From: an uncultured virus (IMG/VR IMGVR_UViG_3300024999_000098)
Taxonomy: Duplodnaviria; Heunggongvirae; Uroviricota; Caudoviricetes
Virus record (IMG/VR): IMGVR_UViG_3300024999_000098
Strand: one strand, 5' to 3'
Length of the DNA stretch: 64,000 nt
Below, piece by piece: positions 36,063-45,008 of this stretch. The notes under the pieces were generated by a model that searched no databases, was not told the origin of the DNA, and saw only the letters and a program-made list of their open reading frames with translations. Within the stretch, counting starts at the first letter, position 1. The number at the start of each line of letters is the position of its first letter. A program made the position numbers and the translations under genes.

Positions 36063-38161
36063 GTTCGATAAACCGTGGAATGCCGAAGGTTAAAGTGGTC
36101 CCGCAGTTCATCCCCTTCACGGGCGGTCTTGACACGGACACGCCTATTTTGATGGCGAAGCCCGGCCTACTCCGTGGCTCTGTCAACGTATATGAAGGAA
36201 TAACAGGCGGTTACTGGACAGCACCCCCGTATGAGGCCTTCGACGGCCAGAGCGCCCCGAGCGACCAGACCTATACCCTGCTGCCAATCGTCATTTCCGG
36301 CTCGATCTCCGTTGGCGACACAATTGAACAGGTAGCTCCCCTGACCGGCGCGACAGGCTATGTCCTGGCAGTTGGCGCTGACTATGTCATCATCACGGCC
36401 TCGACCGGCACCTGGGAGGATGGGAATGCCGAGGTCGCCGCTGTGGTCGTTGGAGTGGTTGACGCTGACGGCCTGCAGATCGATGGCGGGCCTACGGCTG
36501 CACTCCGGGCTGAATACCTGGCTCTCGCCGCCGACTACCAGCGTGCCTTCATAGAGGCTATTCCCGGTGACGGACCAGTGCGCGGAATCTGGTATTACAA
36601 CCAGGTCTATTACGGCATCCGGAACAACGCTACCAATACCGCAATGGCCATGTACAAGTCAACCTCTTCCGGCTGGACCCTGGTGCCACTGGGATTTGAA
36701 CTGTCGTTCACAAGTGGCGGTGGTGGCGCTGGTGAGGCTATTGAAGAGGGCCAGACACTGGTGGGTGCAACCTCCGGATTCTCGTTTGTCGTCACCCGCG
36801 TGATAGTGAATAGCGGTTCATTCGGCGCTGGCACCGCCGCAGGCCGGTTGATCCTGGCAAGCAAGACAGGTGTCCTTGTCGCCGAGAACCTTAACAAGAC
36901 CCTGCCGCTGCCGGTCGTGAATAACATCTGTACCATCGCCGGGGATGCAATGGCAATCACCTTCACGAACCCCAATGGCCGGTGTGAATTCATCAACGCC
37001 AACTTCACCGGCAACGTGGACACGCTCCGGATGTACGGATGCGATGGTGTAAACAGGGCTTTTGAATTTGACGGAACCGTATTCGTTCCGCTGAATACTG
37101 GCATGGAGCCCCGATATCCATCGCATATTATAGAGCACAAATACCACCTCTTCCTGGCGTTCGGAAGCTCTGTTCAGCACGCGGTAACAGGAGATCCTTA
37201 TAATTGGGTTTTGTGGATGGGCGCTGACGAGATCGGCATGTCGGATTATATCACCGGCTTCGTCTCAATGCCTGGTACAGAGACGAGCGCCACCCTTGCT
37301 ATCCTAAACCGGCAATCGATAGGTATTCTGTATGGCACGAACCATGATGATTTCAACCTGCAGCTGTACAAGAATGGCGTAGGTGCAATCGAACATACGG
37401 CTCAGTTCATTGGCAGCACGTTCATGCTTGACGACCGGGGTATAATGGACATTAAAGCGTCCATGGTCTACGGCAATTTCACTGACGCATCCGTAAGCCA
37501 GCACGTATCGAAATACATGGCGACCAAGAAGGCGCAGGTTCTTGCCTCTTTCGTGAGCGCGGAACACAACCTCTATGTGATATCGTTCAACGACAATACC
37601 GCCATCTTCTGTACGATCAACGGTGGCAAGATGAAAGCGATCTGCCCGATGTATTTTCCGAACAAGATGCATGTTGTCTGTGCTACTGAAGACCAGACCG
37701 GAGATGAACGAATCATGTTTGGAGATGAGAACGGGTTTGTGCATGAGCTGTACCGTGGTTTGAACTTTAACGGTGCGAGTATCGACTGGTCGATGTACCT
37801 CGTACCTGACTTCTTTAAATCACCGACCACAACGAAACGCTATAGGAAGGCACGGTTTGAAGTTGGCGGCGAGGGCTACGCTGAGTTCCATTTCTCGTAC
37901 CAGTTAGGTTACACCGCCGACTCATTTCCGCAGCCCAGCAGTGAATCGGATGTGCTGGAACTTATCTCCAACAACTGGGATGATGGCGGCACGTGGGACT
38001 CTGGTTCTTGGGATGCAGTTGAATTACTACCATCCGGGTTCGATCTTATGGGATCGGAAACGAACATCATCCTGCAGCTGAGTGGAGCTGGAAACTACTT
38101 CTCGCAGATGCACTTCTCTGGGGTGATTATTCAATATACACCGACAAGGGAGCTCAGATAA
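36059..38161 (+). CDS. Tail nozzle / tubular protein B-like
   Basis: F.GGL N-terminus; beta-rich 700 aa after adaptor. Confidence 0.65.
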   Translation: MSSINRGMPKVKVVPQFIPFTGGLDTDTPILMAKPGLLRGSVNVYEGITGGYWTAPPYEAFDGQSAPSDQTYTLLPIVISGSISVGDTIEQVAPLTGATGYVLAVGADYVIITASTGTWEDGNAEVAAVVVGVVDADGLQIDGGPTAALRAEYLALAADYQRAFIEAIPGDGPVRGIWYYNQVYYGIRNNATNTAMAMYKSTSSGWTLVPLGFELSFTSGGGGAGEAIEEGQTLVGATSGFSFVVTRVIVNSGSFGAGTAAGRLILASKTGVLVAENLNKTLPLPVVNNICTIAGDAMAITFTNPNGRCEFINANFTGNVDTLRMYGCDGVNRAFEFDGTVFVPLNTGMEPRYPSHIIEHKYHLFLAFGSSVQHAVTGDPYNWVLWMGADEIGMSDYITGFVSMPGTETSATLAILNRQSIGILYGTNHDDFNLQLYKNGVGAIEHTAQFIGSTFMLDDRGIMDIKASMVYGNFTDASVSQHVSKYMATKKAQVLASFVSAEHNLYVISFNDNTAIFCTINGGKMKAICPMYFPNKMHVVCATEDQTGDERIMFGDENGFVHELYRGLNFNGASIDWSMYLVPDFFKSPTTTKRYRKARFEVGGEGYAEFHFSYQLGYTADSFPQPSSESDVLELISNNWDDGGTWDSGSWDAVELLPSGFDLMGSETNIILQLSGAGNYFSQMHFSGVIIQYTPTRELR

Positions 38162-38937
38162 TGGCCAATAACGACTTCTACGACAGCACTGGTATCCCGC
38201 AGAGTGGTCCTTTCACGTCTGCTGGCATGCGGGCCGAGTTCGATCTGATACAGAATGCCTTCTCTAAATTTCCAATCCTGGCTGGCCATGCCGGGGAAAT
38301 TGTTCGTGTAAACCCCGTTGGAACCGCTCTGGACACTGCAGCACTGGCGACCATTATTGGCGCTATCGCTTATGAAGACATGACACAAAAGGATCAGGTT
38401 GACGGCTATTGCGGCCTTGATGCCTTCCGTCTCAAGCTGCTGGATAATGCCGGATCTGGTATTTCCCTCCTACGGAACCAGGCGACCGCCGCAAGGGCAT
38501 GGGTACTGCCAGACAAGAGCGGAACCCTGGCTGATAGTGCGGATCTGACCGGTAAGGCAGTTCTCGCTGGCCAGGCCTTTACCGGTTCACCGCAGGCACC
38601 GACACAGGCAGCTACTGACGACAGCAAAAAAATTGCGTCGGCGGCATTTGTGAAAAGCATGGTCACGTACACCAATGCCACAAAAGGGCGCATCCGGTTT
38701 CACACTGGAGTCACCTTGCAATGGGGGAAAATACAGGTATCTGCTGTGCCTCCATATCAGGCAACAGACACATTCCTTACAGCGTTTACCAATTCATGGA
38801 TCTTGGGTACTTGCGGGTATGGTGGAACCGGCGCAACGTCGACCGCTGGTAATAGAACTACAACACAGATTACCGTCTACGCAAGCAATGCATCGCAATG
38901 GGTTTACTGGTGGTGTATCGGAACAACTGCCGCATAA
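38161..38937 (+). CDS. Tail fibre paralog 1
   Basis: RAEF..I..F; FTGSPQAPT..IAS.AFV; LQWG gp53-like C-terminus. Confidence 0.65.
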   Translation: MANNDFYDSTGIPQSGPFTSAGMRAEFDLIQNAFSKFPILAGHAGEIVRVNPVGTALDTAALATIIGAIAYEDMTQKDQVDGYCGLDAFRLKLLDNAGSGISLLRNQATAARAWVLPDKSGTLADSADLTGKAVLAGQAFTGSPQAPTQAATDDSKKIASAAFVKSMVTYTNATKGRIRFHTGVTLQWGKIQVSAVPPYQATDTFLTAFTNSWILGTCGYGGTGATSTAGNRTTTQITVYASNASQWVYWWCIGTTAA

Positions 38938-38946
38938 GGAGAAGAG

Positions 38947-39732
38947 ATGCCAGCCAACGAATATTATGATAGCACTGGAGTTCCGGCGCAAAGTGGCCCT
39001 AAATTATCTGCAGCACTCCGCGCAGAATTCAACGCCATTGAAGCGGGTTTTGGCAAAATGCCAAGCCTTGCTGGAAATAATGGGAAGATCTTGGAGGTGA
39101 ACTTCGGTGGGGATGGATTTAATACTGTACCCCCAGGCCATCTCCTTGAGCTTGAGGATATCGAAATAATTACAAACAAGAACGCAGCCGATGGTTATTG
39201 TGGGAAGATAGGTCATAAACTGGCCCTTAAGAATCTTCTTGGAAATGTCACATCAACGCTTGGTAACGCCAATACTGCAGCAAGAACATATACTATGCAG
39301 GATCGCAATGGAACCCTGTTGACCTCTGCAGATACTGCTCTCTTGGCACCTATCGCAAGCCCGGCATTGACTGGTGCCCCTACAGTACCGACACCAGCGG
39401 ATACTGTGACTGGTAATGAAGTTATAAACGGACACTGGATGCGTTCTGTATTCTCCACAGACAACACATACTATGTTAAGATTAACGATAATTATGCGAT
39501 TCAAGTAGGGACAATCTCAACCCCGCTTGTCAATACGCAATACCTGTGGACTTTCACAATACCGTTCACTTCAACCCCCAACCTTATTATGGCTGGTTTC
39601 GGTTTAAACGGAGGTGCATCATTGAGTCGTGCATCTATTACTACCATCTCAGCAACGCAAATTGGTGGAGCAACTGGTGTGGCGAACGGGAAGATCCATT
39701 TTATAGTCTTTGGTCCGATTGCGGCATCATAA
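38947..39732 (+). CDS. Tail fibre paralog 2
   Basis: Same N-terminus; APIASPALTGAPTVPT; IQVG..F..PF. Confidence 0.65.
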   Translation: MPANEYYDSTGVPAQSGPKLSAALRAEFNAIEAGFGKMPSLAGNNGKILEVNFGGDGFNTVPPGHLLELEDIEIITNKNAADGYCGKIGHKLALKNLLGNVTSTLGNANTAARTYTMQDRNGTLLTSADTALLAPIASPALTGAPTVPTPADTVTGNEVINGHWMRSVFSTDNTYYVKINDNYAIQVGTISTPLVNTQYLWTFTIPFTSTPNLIMAGFGLNGGASLSRASITTISATQIGGATGVANGKIHFIVFGPIAAS

Positions 39733-39741
39733 GGAGATCTC

Positions 39742-40521
39742 ATGCCGACGAATGAATATTATGACAGTTCCGGGGTTCCATCGCAAGGCTCTTCTTTGAG
39801 CCCACGACTTATAAGGGCAGAGTTTGATGCGATAGAGGCAGGTTTCAATAAGATGCCACAGCTCCAAGGACACGACGGCGAGCTGGTCCGTATTAACACT
39901 GGCGGTTCGCGACTTGAGGCAGTCCCTGCGGCTAACCTTTCTGGTACTCTTGGTATTGAGATGATGGCTAACAGGGATATACATAATGGCCATATAGGAA
40001 AGACCGGCAGTAAGGCGAACCTCTATAACGATGCCGGAACCTATAAATCTCTTCTGGAACATAATTCTGCAATAGGTAGAATATGGACCCTTCCAGATGC
40101 AAGCGGAACGCTTCTTGATACCGCAGATACTGCAGCGATTACCACAGTGGATAGCCCGGTTTTTACCGGAAGTCCTACAGTCCCCAGTGTAACATATCCA
40201 TGGGACGCTGGCTATGAGGTCTTAAACACAGAGTCGATTAAGGATATTCTCGATGGTAATGCTTCAAGTCAATATTTTACTGGCGATATGTGTCTTCAAT
40301 TTGGGGCAGTCCAATTGCCAGCGACCGCTGGTACGCCATTAACTGTTAATTTCCCCCATACGTGTTCAGGTATCCCAATAGGTGGTGTTGTTGTGTGTCC
40401 AATCTCAAGCTCAACTTATTTTACATGCGTATATGATATCACCACAAGCGGGTTCACAGTGAAGGGTGCTATTGGCGGTTTATGGGTCGGCTGGATAGCT
40501 CTGACAAGGGTTTCAAGATAA
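39742..40521 (+). CDS. Tail fibre paralog 3
   Basis: Same N-terminus; SPVFTGSPTVP; LQFG..V.FP..T.SGF..WIA. Confidence 0.65.
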   Translation: MPTNEYYDSSGVPSQGSSLSPRLIRAEFDAIEAGFNKMPQLQGHDGELVRINTGGSRLEAVPAANLSGTLGIEMMANRDIHNGHIGKTGSKANLYNDAGTYKSLLEHNSAIGRIWTLPDASGTLLDTADTAAITTVDSPVFTGSPTVPSVTYPWDAGYEVLNTESIKDILDGNASSQYFTGDMCLQFGAVQLPATAGTPLTVNFPHTCSGIPIGGVVVCPISSSTYFTCVYDITTSGFTVKGAIGGLWVGWIALTRVSR

Positions 40522-40534
40522 GGAGAAAAAAGAT

Positions 40535-41320
40535 ATGTCACTTTTATTACTTGGTGAAAATGGGACTGGCTCCACACCGGCGACACCTGCACCGCCATTG
40601 CCTGATCCGTCGAAACCGGCACCCGGAGTGTACCCCGGTGATATGCCGAAGCCTGTTTCACCGGAATTCTACGGCACAGCACAGGGTTATCAAGATCCTG
40701 ACACAATCGACACAAAGTCCCAACTAGACGCGGACCCTAAGAAGGCAACCATCGAGGGGAGATTGCCGGGCATCCTGAGCCAAGACTCTGAGTTGCTGCA
40801 GGCGGCTAGGGCTGGGGCGGATCGGGCCTATAACGCCAAAGGCCTGCTAATGTCTGCTGGTGGGGTTCAGGCTGGCACTGGCGCTGTCATCGATAAAGCC
40901 CTACAGATCGCCGCTCCGGATGCCAAGCTATACGGGGATGCCTCGCTGAACAATCAGCTGGCTGATATCGAGCGCAAGAAAGGCATCAACACCTACGGTC
41001 AGGAGGGTGCTCTGCAGACCCAGCGGTCGAAGAACGACATGCAGATCCAGATGATGCAGTCGCAGGCCCAGATGCGGATCGCTGAGGTCGAAAATCAGTG
41101 GAAAGACGCGATGAATATCGATGCCCTGCAGACCGACCAGAAGAAGGCCCTAATGGGTGTTGTCGCAGAGATCGGCACGGAGTTCCAGGGGAGCCTGGAG
41201 CGGATCTTCCGCGATCCCGGAATCACAGAAAAGCAGCCTGCTATCGCAGCCCTGCTGCAGAGATATCAGGCCCAGATTACGACCGCAGGCAACGTGGTCG
41301 GCATCAAATTGACTTGGTAA
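40535..41320 (+). CDS. Putative ejection/internal virion protein
   Basis: Position; A...N.KGLL.S; ALQIA.PDA. Confidence 0.5.
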   Translation: MSLLLLGENGTGSTPATPAPPLPDPSKPAPGVYPGDMPKPVSPEFYGTAQGYQDPDTIDTKSQLDADPKKATIEGRLPGILSQDSELLQAARAGADRAYNAKGLLMSAGGVQAGTGAVIDKALQIAAPDAKLYGDASLNNQLADIERKKGINTYGQEGALQTQRSKNDMQIQMMQSQAQMRIAEVENQWKDAMNIDALQTDQKKALMGVVAEIGTEFQGSLERIFRDPGITEKQPAIAALLQRYQAQITTAGNVVGIKLTW

Positions 41321-41334
41321 TGAGGAGATAAGAT

Positions 41335-42333
41335 ATGCCATTTCTTGCACCAATTGGAATAGCGGCTGCCGGTGCCTTCGGGGTTAGCCTTGCCGCCACA
41401 GGAATTTCCGCCATGGTTATCGGCGGGCTGGTTGTCGGGGCCGCAGTCGGCGGGCTGTATTCGGCCTTCACTGGCGGGAACATCCTAAAGGGAGTTCTCT
41501 ACGGAGCGGTGGGTGGCGCGGCCCTTGGTGCCGGTGCCTACGCAATGGGCTTCGGCGGATACGGGGTTGTTTCCACGGAAAGCCTGGCTGGTGCCACCTC
41601 TGTGGGGATGGGTGAAAACGTCACCGGAGCCATGGCTGCAGCGAAGATGACCACTGGTGCTACTGAAATCAGCGGTGTTTCTGGTGGCACTGGCGGGCTC
41701 ATCGCGGAGGGTGGCGAAAAAGCTATCTCCGCAAAGGGCTGGTTCACCGCCGAGAACTACCTTGCGGTCGGGGCCATCTCCAACCTTGGGAGTAAATTCC
41801 TGGCCGGTGGTGCTGCTGGTGATGCAGCGGGCGCTGACCGGAAACAGCAGAACGAGCAGTTCTATAAGAAGCTGGAAGCCGATAAGAAAATGCAGGAAGA
41901 GAGCCTACTGGCCCAACGGGAAATGAACGCCGCCCAGGTCGAGGCCCAGCTTGAAGGGATTTCAGCCCAGGAACGAACCGCTGATAAAAACAGGGACGAA
42001 AACGCCAGGCAGTTCGGGTTGGAATTCGGTGAATCGCAGTGGCGCGACCGTGAGGGCAGGGCCGAGACTGAACGCCAGCGGGTCCGCGTGAATGAGGGCA
42101 TCCATGGCGCTGCAGCCTACGTCGCTGGTAGCACAAAGGTTGTTAACCTTGTCGAGTCAACCCTGAAACGCAAGGGCCTCCCTGGACCGTCATGGGCTGG
42201 CAGTACGCAGCCCGGCCAGCAGCAGCCTCAACCGGCACCGCAGCAGCAGGTAGCCCAACAGGCACCGGCACCTATATCGGCCCCGGCACCGCAGCAAGCA
42301 CCGCAACAACAATCCATCTTGGGGGCAGCATAA
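41335..42333 (+). CDS. Putative DNA-ejection (pilot) protein
   Basis: Gly/Ala-rich hydrophobic N-terminus, Gln-rich coiled C-terminus. Confidence 0.55.
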   Translation: MPFLAPIGIAAAGAFGVSLAATGISAMVIGGLVVGAAVGGLYSAFTGGNILKGVLYGAVGGAALGAGAYAMGFGGYGVVSTESLAGATSVGMGENVTGAMAAAKMTTGATEISGVSGGTGGLIAEGGEKAISAKGWFTAENYLAVGAISNLGSKFLAGGAAGDAAGADRKQQNEQFYKKLEADKKMQEESLLAQREMNAAQVEAQLEGISAQERTADKNRDENARQFGLEFGESQWRDREGRAETERQRVRVNEGIHGAAAYVAGSTKVVNLVESTLKRKGLPGPSWAGSTQPGQQQPQPAPQQQVAQQAPAPISAPAPQQAPQQQSILGAA

Positions 42334-42334
42334 C

Positions 42335-43180
42335 ATGGCAGGATTACTAACACTTTCGTCAGACGTTCTCAAGGGCGACCGGCTTAAAAACGATCCGCTC
42401 AAAATGGAATACGACCCGGTTTCCAAGAAAAACAGCAAGCGGGTTCGGTATGCGAGTGAACAGCTTGGTGGCCTACTGGTCCATCCTGAAGAGGAAGAGG
42501 CTATGCTCAACTACAAGAGCAAAATGGATTCTGCCGTCGCCGAACAGCGCCAGCGGATGAAAGAATACGAGGAGAGCCAGAATTCTCTGATTGGTCAGGC
42601 CAGGTCGGAAGCTGAGAGTAAAATCGGCTCCTACGAGGATAAGGCCAGGGGAGGAATAAAAGACCCCAGGCCCAAGCTGATCCCGATCAGAGTCGTGGGC
42701 GCGGATGGTAATACCATAGAGGGGACGTACATGCTCCCCGAGGATGTTGCCAGACAGATCGCCGAGCAGCAGGAATTCGTCTCTGGAAAAAACGACGACG
42801 GTTCGTTCAACGTCTCCGTCCGGACGAAGCACGGATACACCCGTGGACAGGAGCTGCATGATGCCCTGCGGGAGGGAACGCAGCAATTAGGCGAATACGA
42901 CAAGCTCTATGACGAACAGGCTAGAGCCCAGAACGCAATGATCGACGCGCAGGTTAATGCCGCCCAGCAGGGTGTTAATTCGCAAGTAAATCAGGCATAC
43001 CTGAACCGCGATCAGCAGCTCGGTTTTGCAAACCAGACAATCAGCCAGGTCATTGGCCGGTGGGGGCAGATGCTGGCAGACAGGCAGGGCTTTTTTGCAT
43101 CTGGCAGTCTTGCCGCAAAAGAGACAATCAGTTCTCTGCTTGCGAGTGGAGTCCTCCAAAAAACAGGCAAGGTGGCATAA
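42335..43180 (+). CDS. Putative internal virion protein
   Basis: Position in ejection cluster. Confidence 0.5.
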   Translation: MAGLLTLSSDVLKGDRLKNDPLKMEYDPVSKKNSKRVRYASEQLGGLLVHPEEEEAMLNYKSKMDSAVAEQRQRMKEYEESQNSLIGQARSEAESKIGSYEDKARGGIKDPRPKLIPIRVVGADGNTIEGTYMLPEDVARQIAEQQEFVSGKNDDGSFNVSVRTKHGYTRGQELHDALREGTQQLGEYDKLYDEQARAQNAMIDAQVNAAQQGVNSQVNQAYLNRDQQLGFANQTISQVIGRWGQMLADRQGFFASGSLAAKETISSLLASGVLQKTGKVA

Positions 43181-43894
43181 ATGGCACAGCAAATGATGAT
43201 GGAAGAAGAGATGCCTCAAGATCCGGCAATGCAGCAAGCCCCTCCCCAGGAGCCCATGCCGCAGGAAGCCCCACAGGAAGGATCGATCCAACCTGATCCG
43301 GAAGCATCCGAGCAGATGGAGAATGAGCTGGTAAACGAAGAGGGTGAGATGGAGCTTGGTGAGGCACAGCAGCTGCAGCTGGATGCCTATCGCGACAACG
43401 CTACCATCGTCGTTTTCTCGGAAGACTCCCAGCCCGCTATCCTACAACAGCTGCAGGTTGGCGAAAACCCTATTGATGGGGTTGCCTCTACAGCCTACAC
43501 CATTCACCGGCAACTGGAGGAGAGCCTGAAGCAGACTGGTGAACAGATGACCGAGGTGACCCTGGTCCTTGGAGCCGCGCACCTCGTCACCGAGCTTATC
43601 GTCCTGGCTGAGGCCGCAGGGCTTTTCACCATGGAACCAGGAGAGAGGGCGGAAGCCTTTCGTCATGCCGCGATGAAATACTTTGAGACAGGGCTTAAGA
43701 ACGGCTCAATCGATCCGGTGAAGCTGCAGCAGGAGATCGAGCCGCTGATGAACCAGGAACAGCGGGCCTTTGGCGAGGGACACGCGGAGCAGAACAAGCT
43801 CCTAAAGACACCGCCGCCGAGTGGGTTTGGCAGATCCACACCACAGCAAGCACCGCCTCAACAGGGTGGTGGTATACTTACCGGAGGTATGTAA
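43181..43894 (+). CDS. Acidic hypothetical protein
   Basis: ORF in structural operon. Confidence 0.55.
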   Translation: MAQQMMMEEEMPQDPAMQQAPPQEPMPQEAPQEGSIQPDPEASEQMENELVNEEGEMELGEAQQLQLDAYRDNATIVVFSEDSQPAILQQLQVGENPIDGVASTAYTIHRQLEESLKQTGEQMTEVTLVLGAAHLVTELIVLAEAAGLFTMEPGERAEAFRHAAMKYFETGLKNGSIDPVKLQQEIEPLMNQEQRAFGEGHAEQNKLLKTPPPSGFGRSTPQQAPPQQGGGILTGGM

Positions 43895-43895
43895 C

Positions 43896-45005
43896 ATGGG
43901 GTTCAATTGGGCTGGAGCTACAGCTGGATTGTTAGGTGCGGTGTCGGAAGAGGCCGATCAATACGGTGCGCGGAAGGCAGAGCAGCAGAAGCTGCAGATG
44001 GAGCGAGAGCTTGCTGACCGCAAGGAGCGGGCGCAATATGCCAAAGAAATCGCCATGGAAAAATGGAAGATGATGGTCGAAGACCGCAAGGATGAGCGCC
44101 AGAATAAGCAGTTTGAACAGCAGGATAAGCGAGACACAGCACGATTCGAACAGCAGAATTCCATCTTGGCCGCTCGTTTAGACGCGAAGGGTGGTTCTGG
44201 TGGTGGATCTGGGAAAATGTCCGCTGCAGAAAGGAAGATAGAGATAGCCAGGGATATGGTGGAGTCTGGGGAATGGACCGAGGACGAGGCAAAGCAGTAC
44301 CTTGGCGCGAAGTCGAAAGCCGGTGGTAGTGGTGGTATGAACCAGACTGACCAGCTGAAGATCTACGACAAGATCGATGAGATCACCGCTGGTGGGATCA
44401 CCGACGAAAACCTCCCAAGCCTGAATCGATATCTGGCTGCAGTTGGTGAACCGCCCTATGAAAAGGTCATCAAGAAGCCAGCCAAGAAGGGAGGGATCTT
44501 GGGCTTCGGTGGCCAGGAAGAGGAGTCCGAATTCAGGCAGTCAGTTGCTATCAAAAAAACTGATGAAAACCCTTCTACTGACTTGCCAAAAGAAGGCGCG
44601 GGTGATACAGTAAAAGGCAGCGGTGCCAATAAGTTCAGTGCAATGCTGACCACGAAAACAGAGGGACAACCGGCTAAGGTAAATGGGACAACTATCAGTT
44701 TGAATGATGATATCCCGAAAAAGAAATCGCCAGTTGGTGGGTCCACAGATGTGGGCACAGAGCTTGGTGAGGCGGTAAAGGTTATCGTTGCCGGTGGGGA
44801 GGTTACGGTTGATATGGTCAAGGCTATGCCTGGATTGGCCGAAGCACTGGTCGATGCATCTACGCGTGCCGAGGGTGCAACCGCGAAGAAGCTGATAGCA
44901 GCAGCCAAGAAGGCCGAAGGGTTCGTGAAGAACATGGTCAGAAAGGAAAGCCTCGGTGAAAAAGAGGCCAGGATCAGAAGCGGAGCATTCAGGGCGGGAG
45001 AATAA
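43896..45005 (+). CDS. Putative internal virion protein
   Basis: GGAGG SD, MGFNWAGA; coiled coil. Confidence 0.55.
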   Translation: MGFNWAGATAGLLGAVSEEADQYGARKAEQQKLQMERELADRKERAQYAKEIAMEKWKMMVEDRKDERQNKQFEQQDKRDTARFEQQNSILAARLDAKGGSGGGSGKMSAAERKIEIARDMVESGEWTEDEAKQYLGAKSKAGGSGGMNQTDQLKIYDKIDEITAGGITDENLPSLNRYLAAVGEPPYEKVIKKPAKKGGILGFGGQEEESEFRQSVAIKKTDENPSTDLPKEGAGDTVKGSGANKFSAMLTTKTEGQPAKVNGTTISLNDDIPKKKSPVGGSTDVGTELGEAVKVIVAGGEVTVDMVKAMPGLAEALVDASTRAEGATAKKLIAAAKKAEGFVKNMVRKESLGEKEARIRSGAFRAGE

Positions 45006-45008
45006 GCC

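Noticed and set aside
38161..40521. Diversity-generating retroelement acting on the fibre genes
   Set aside because: No reverse transcriptase ORF, and I saw no TR/VR pair differing only at adenines.
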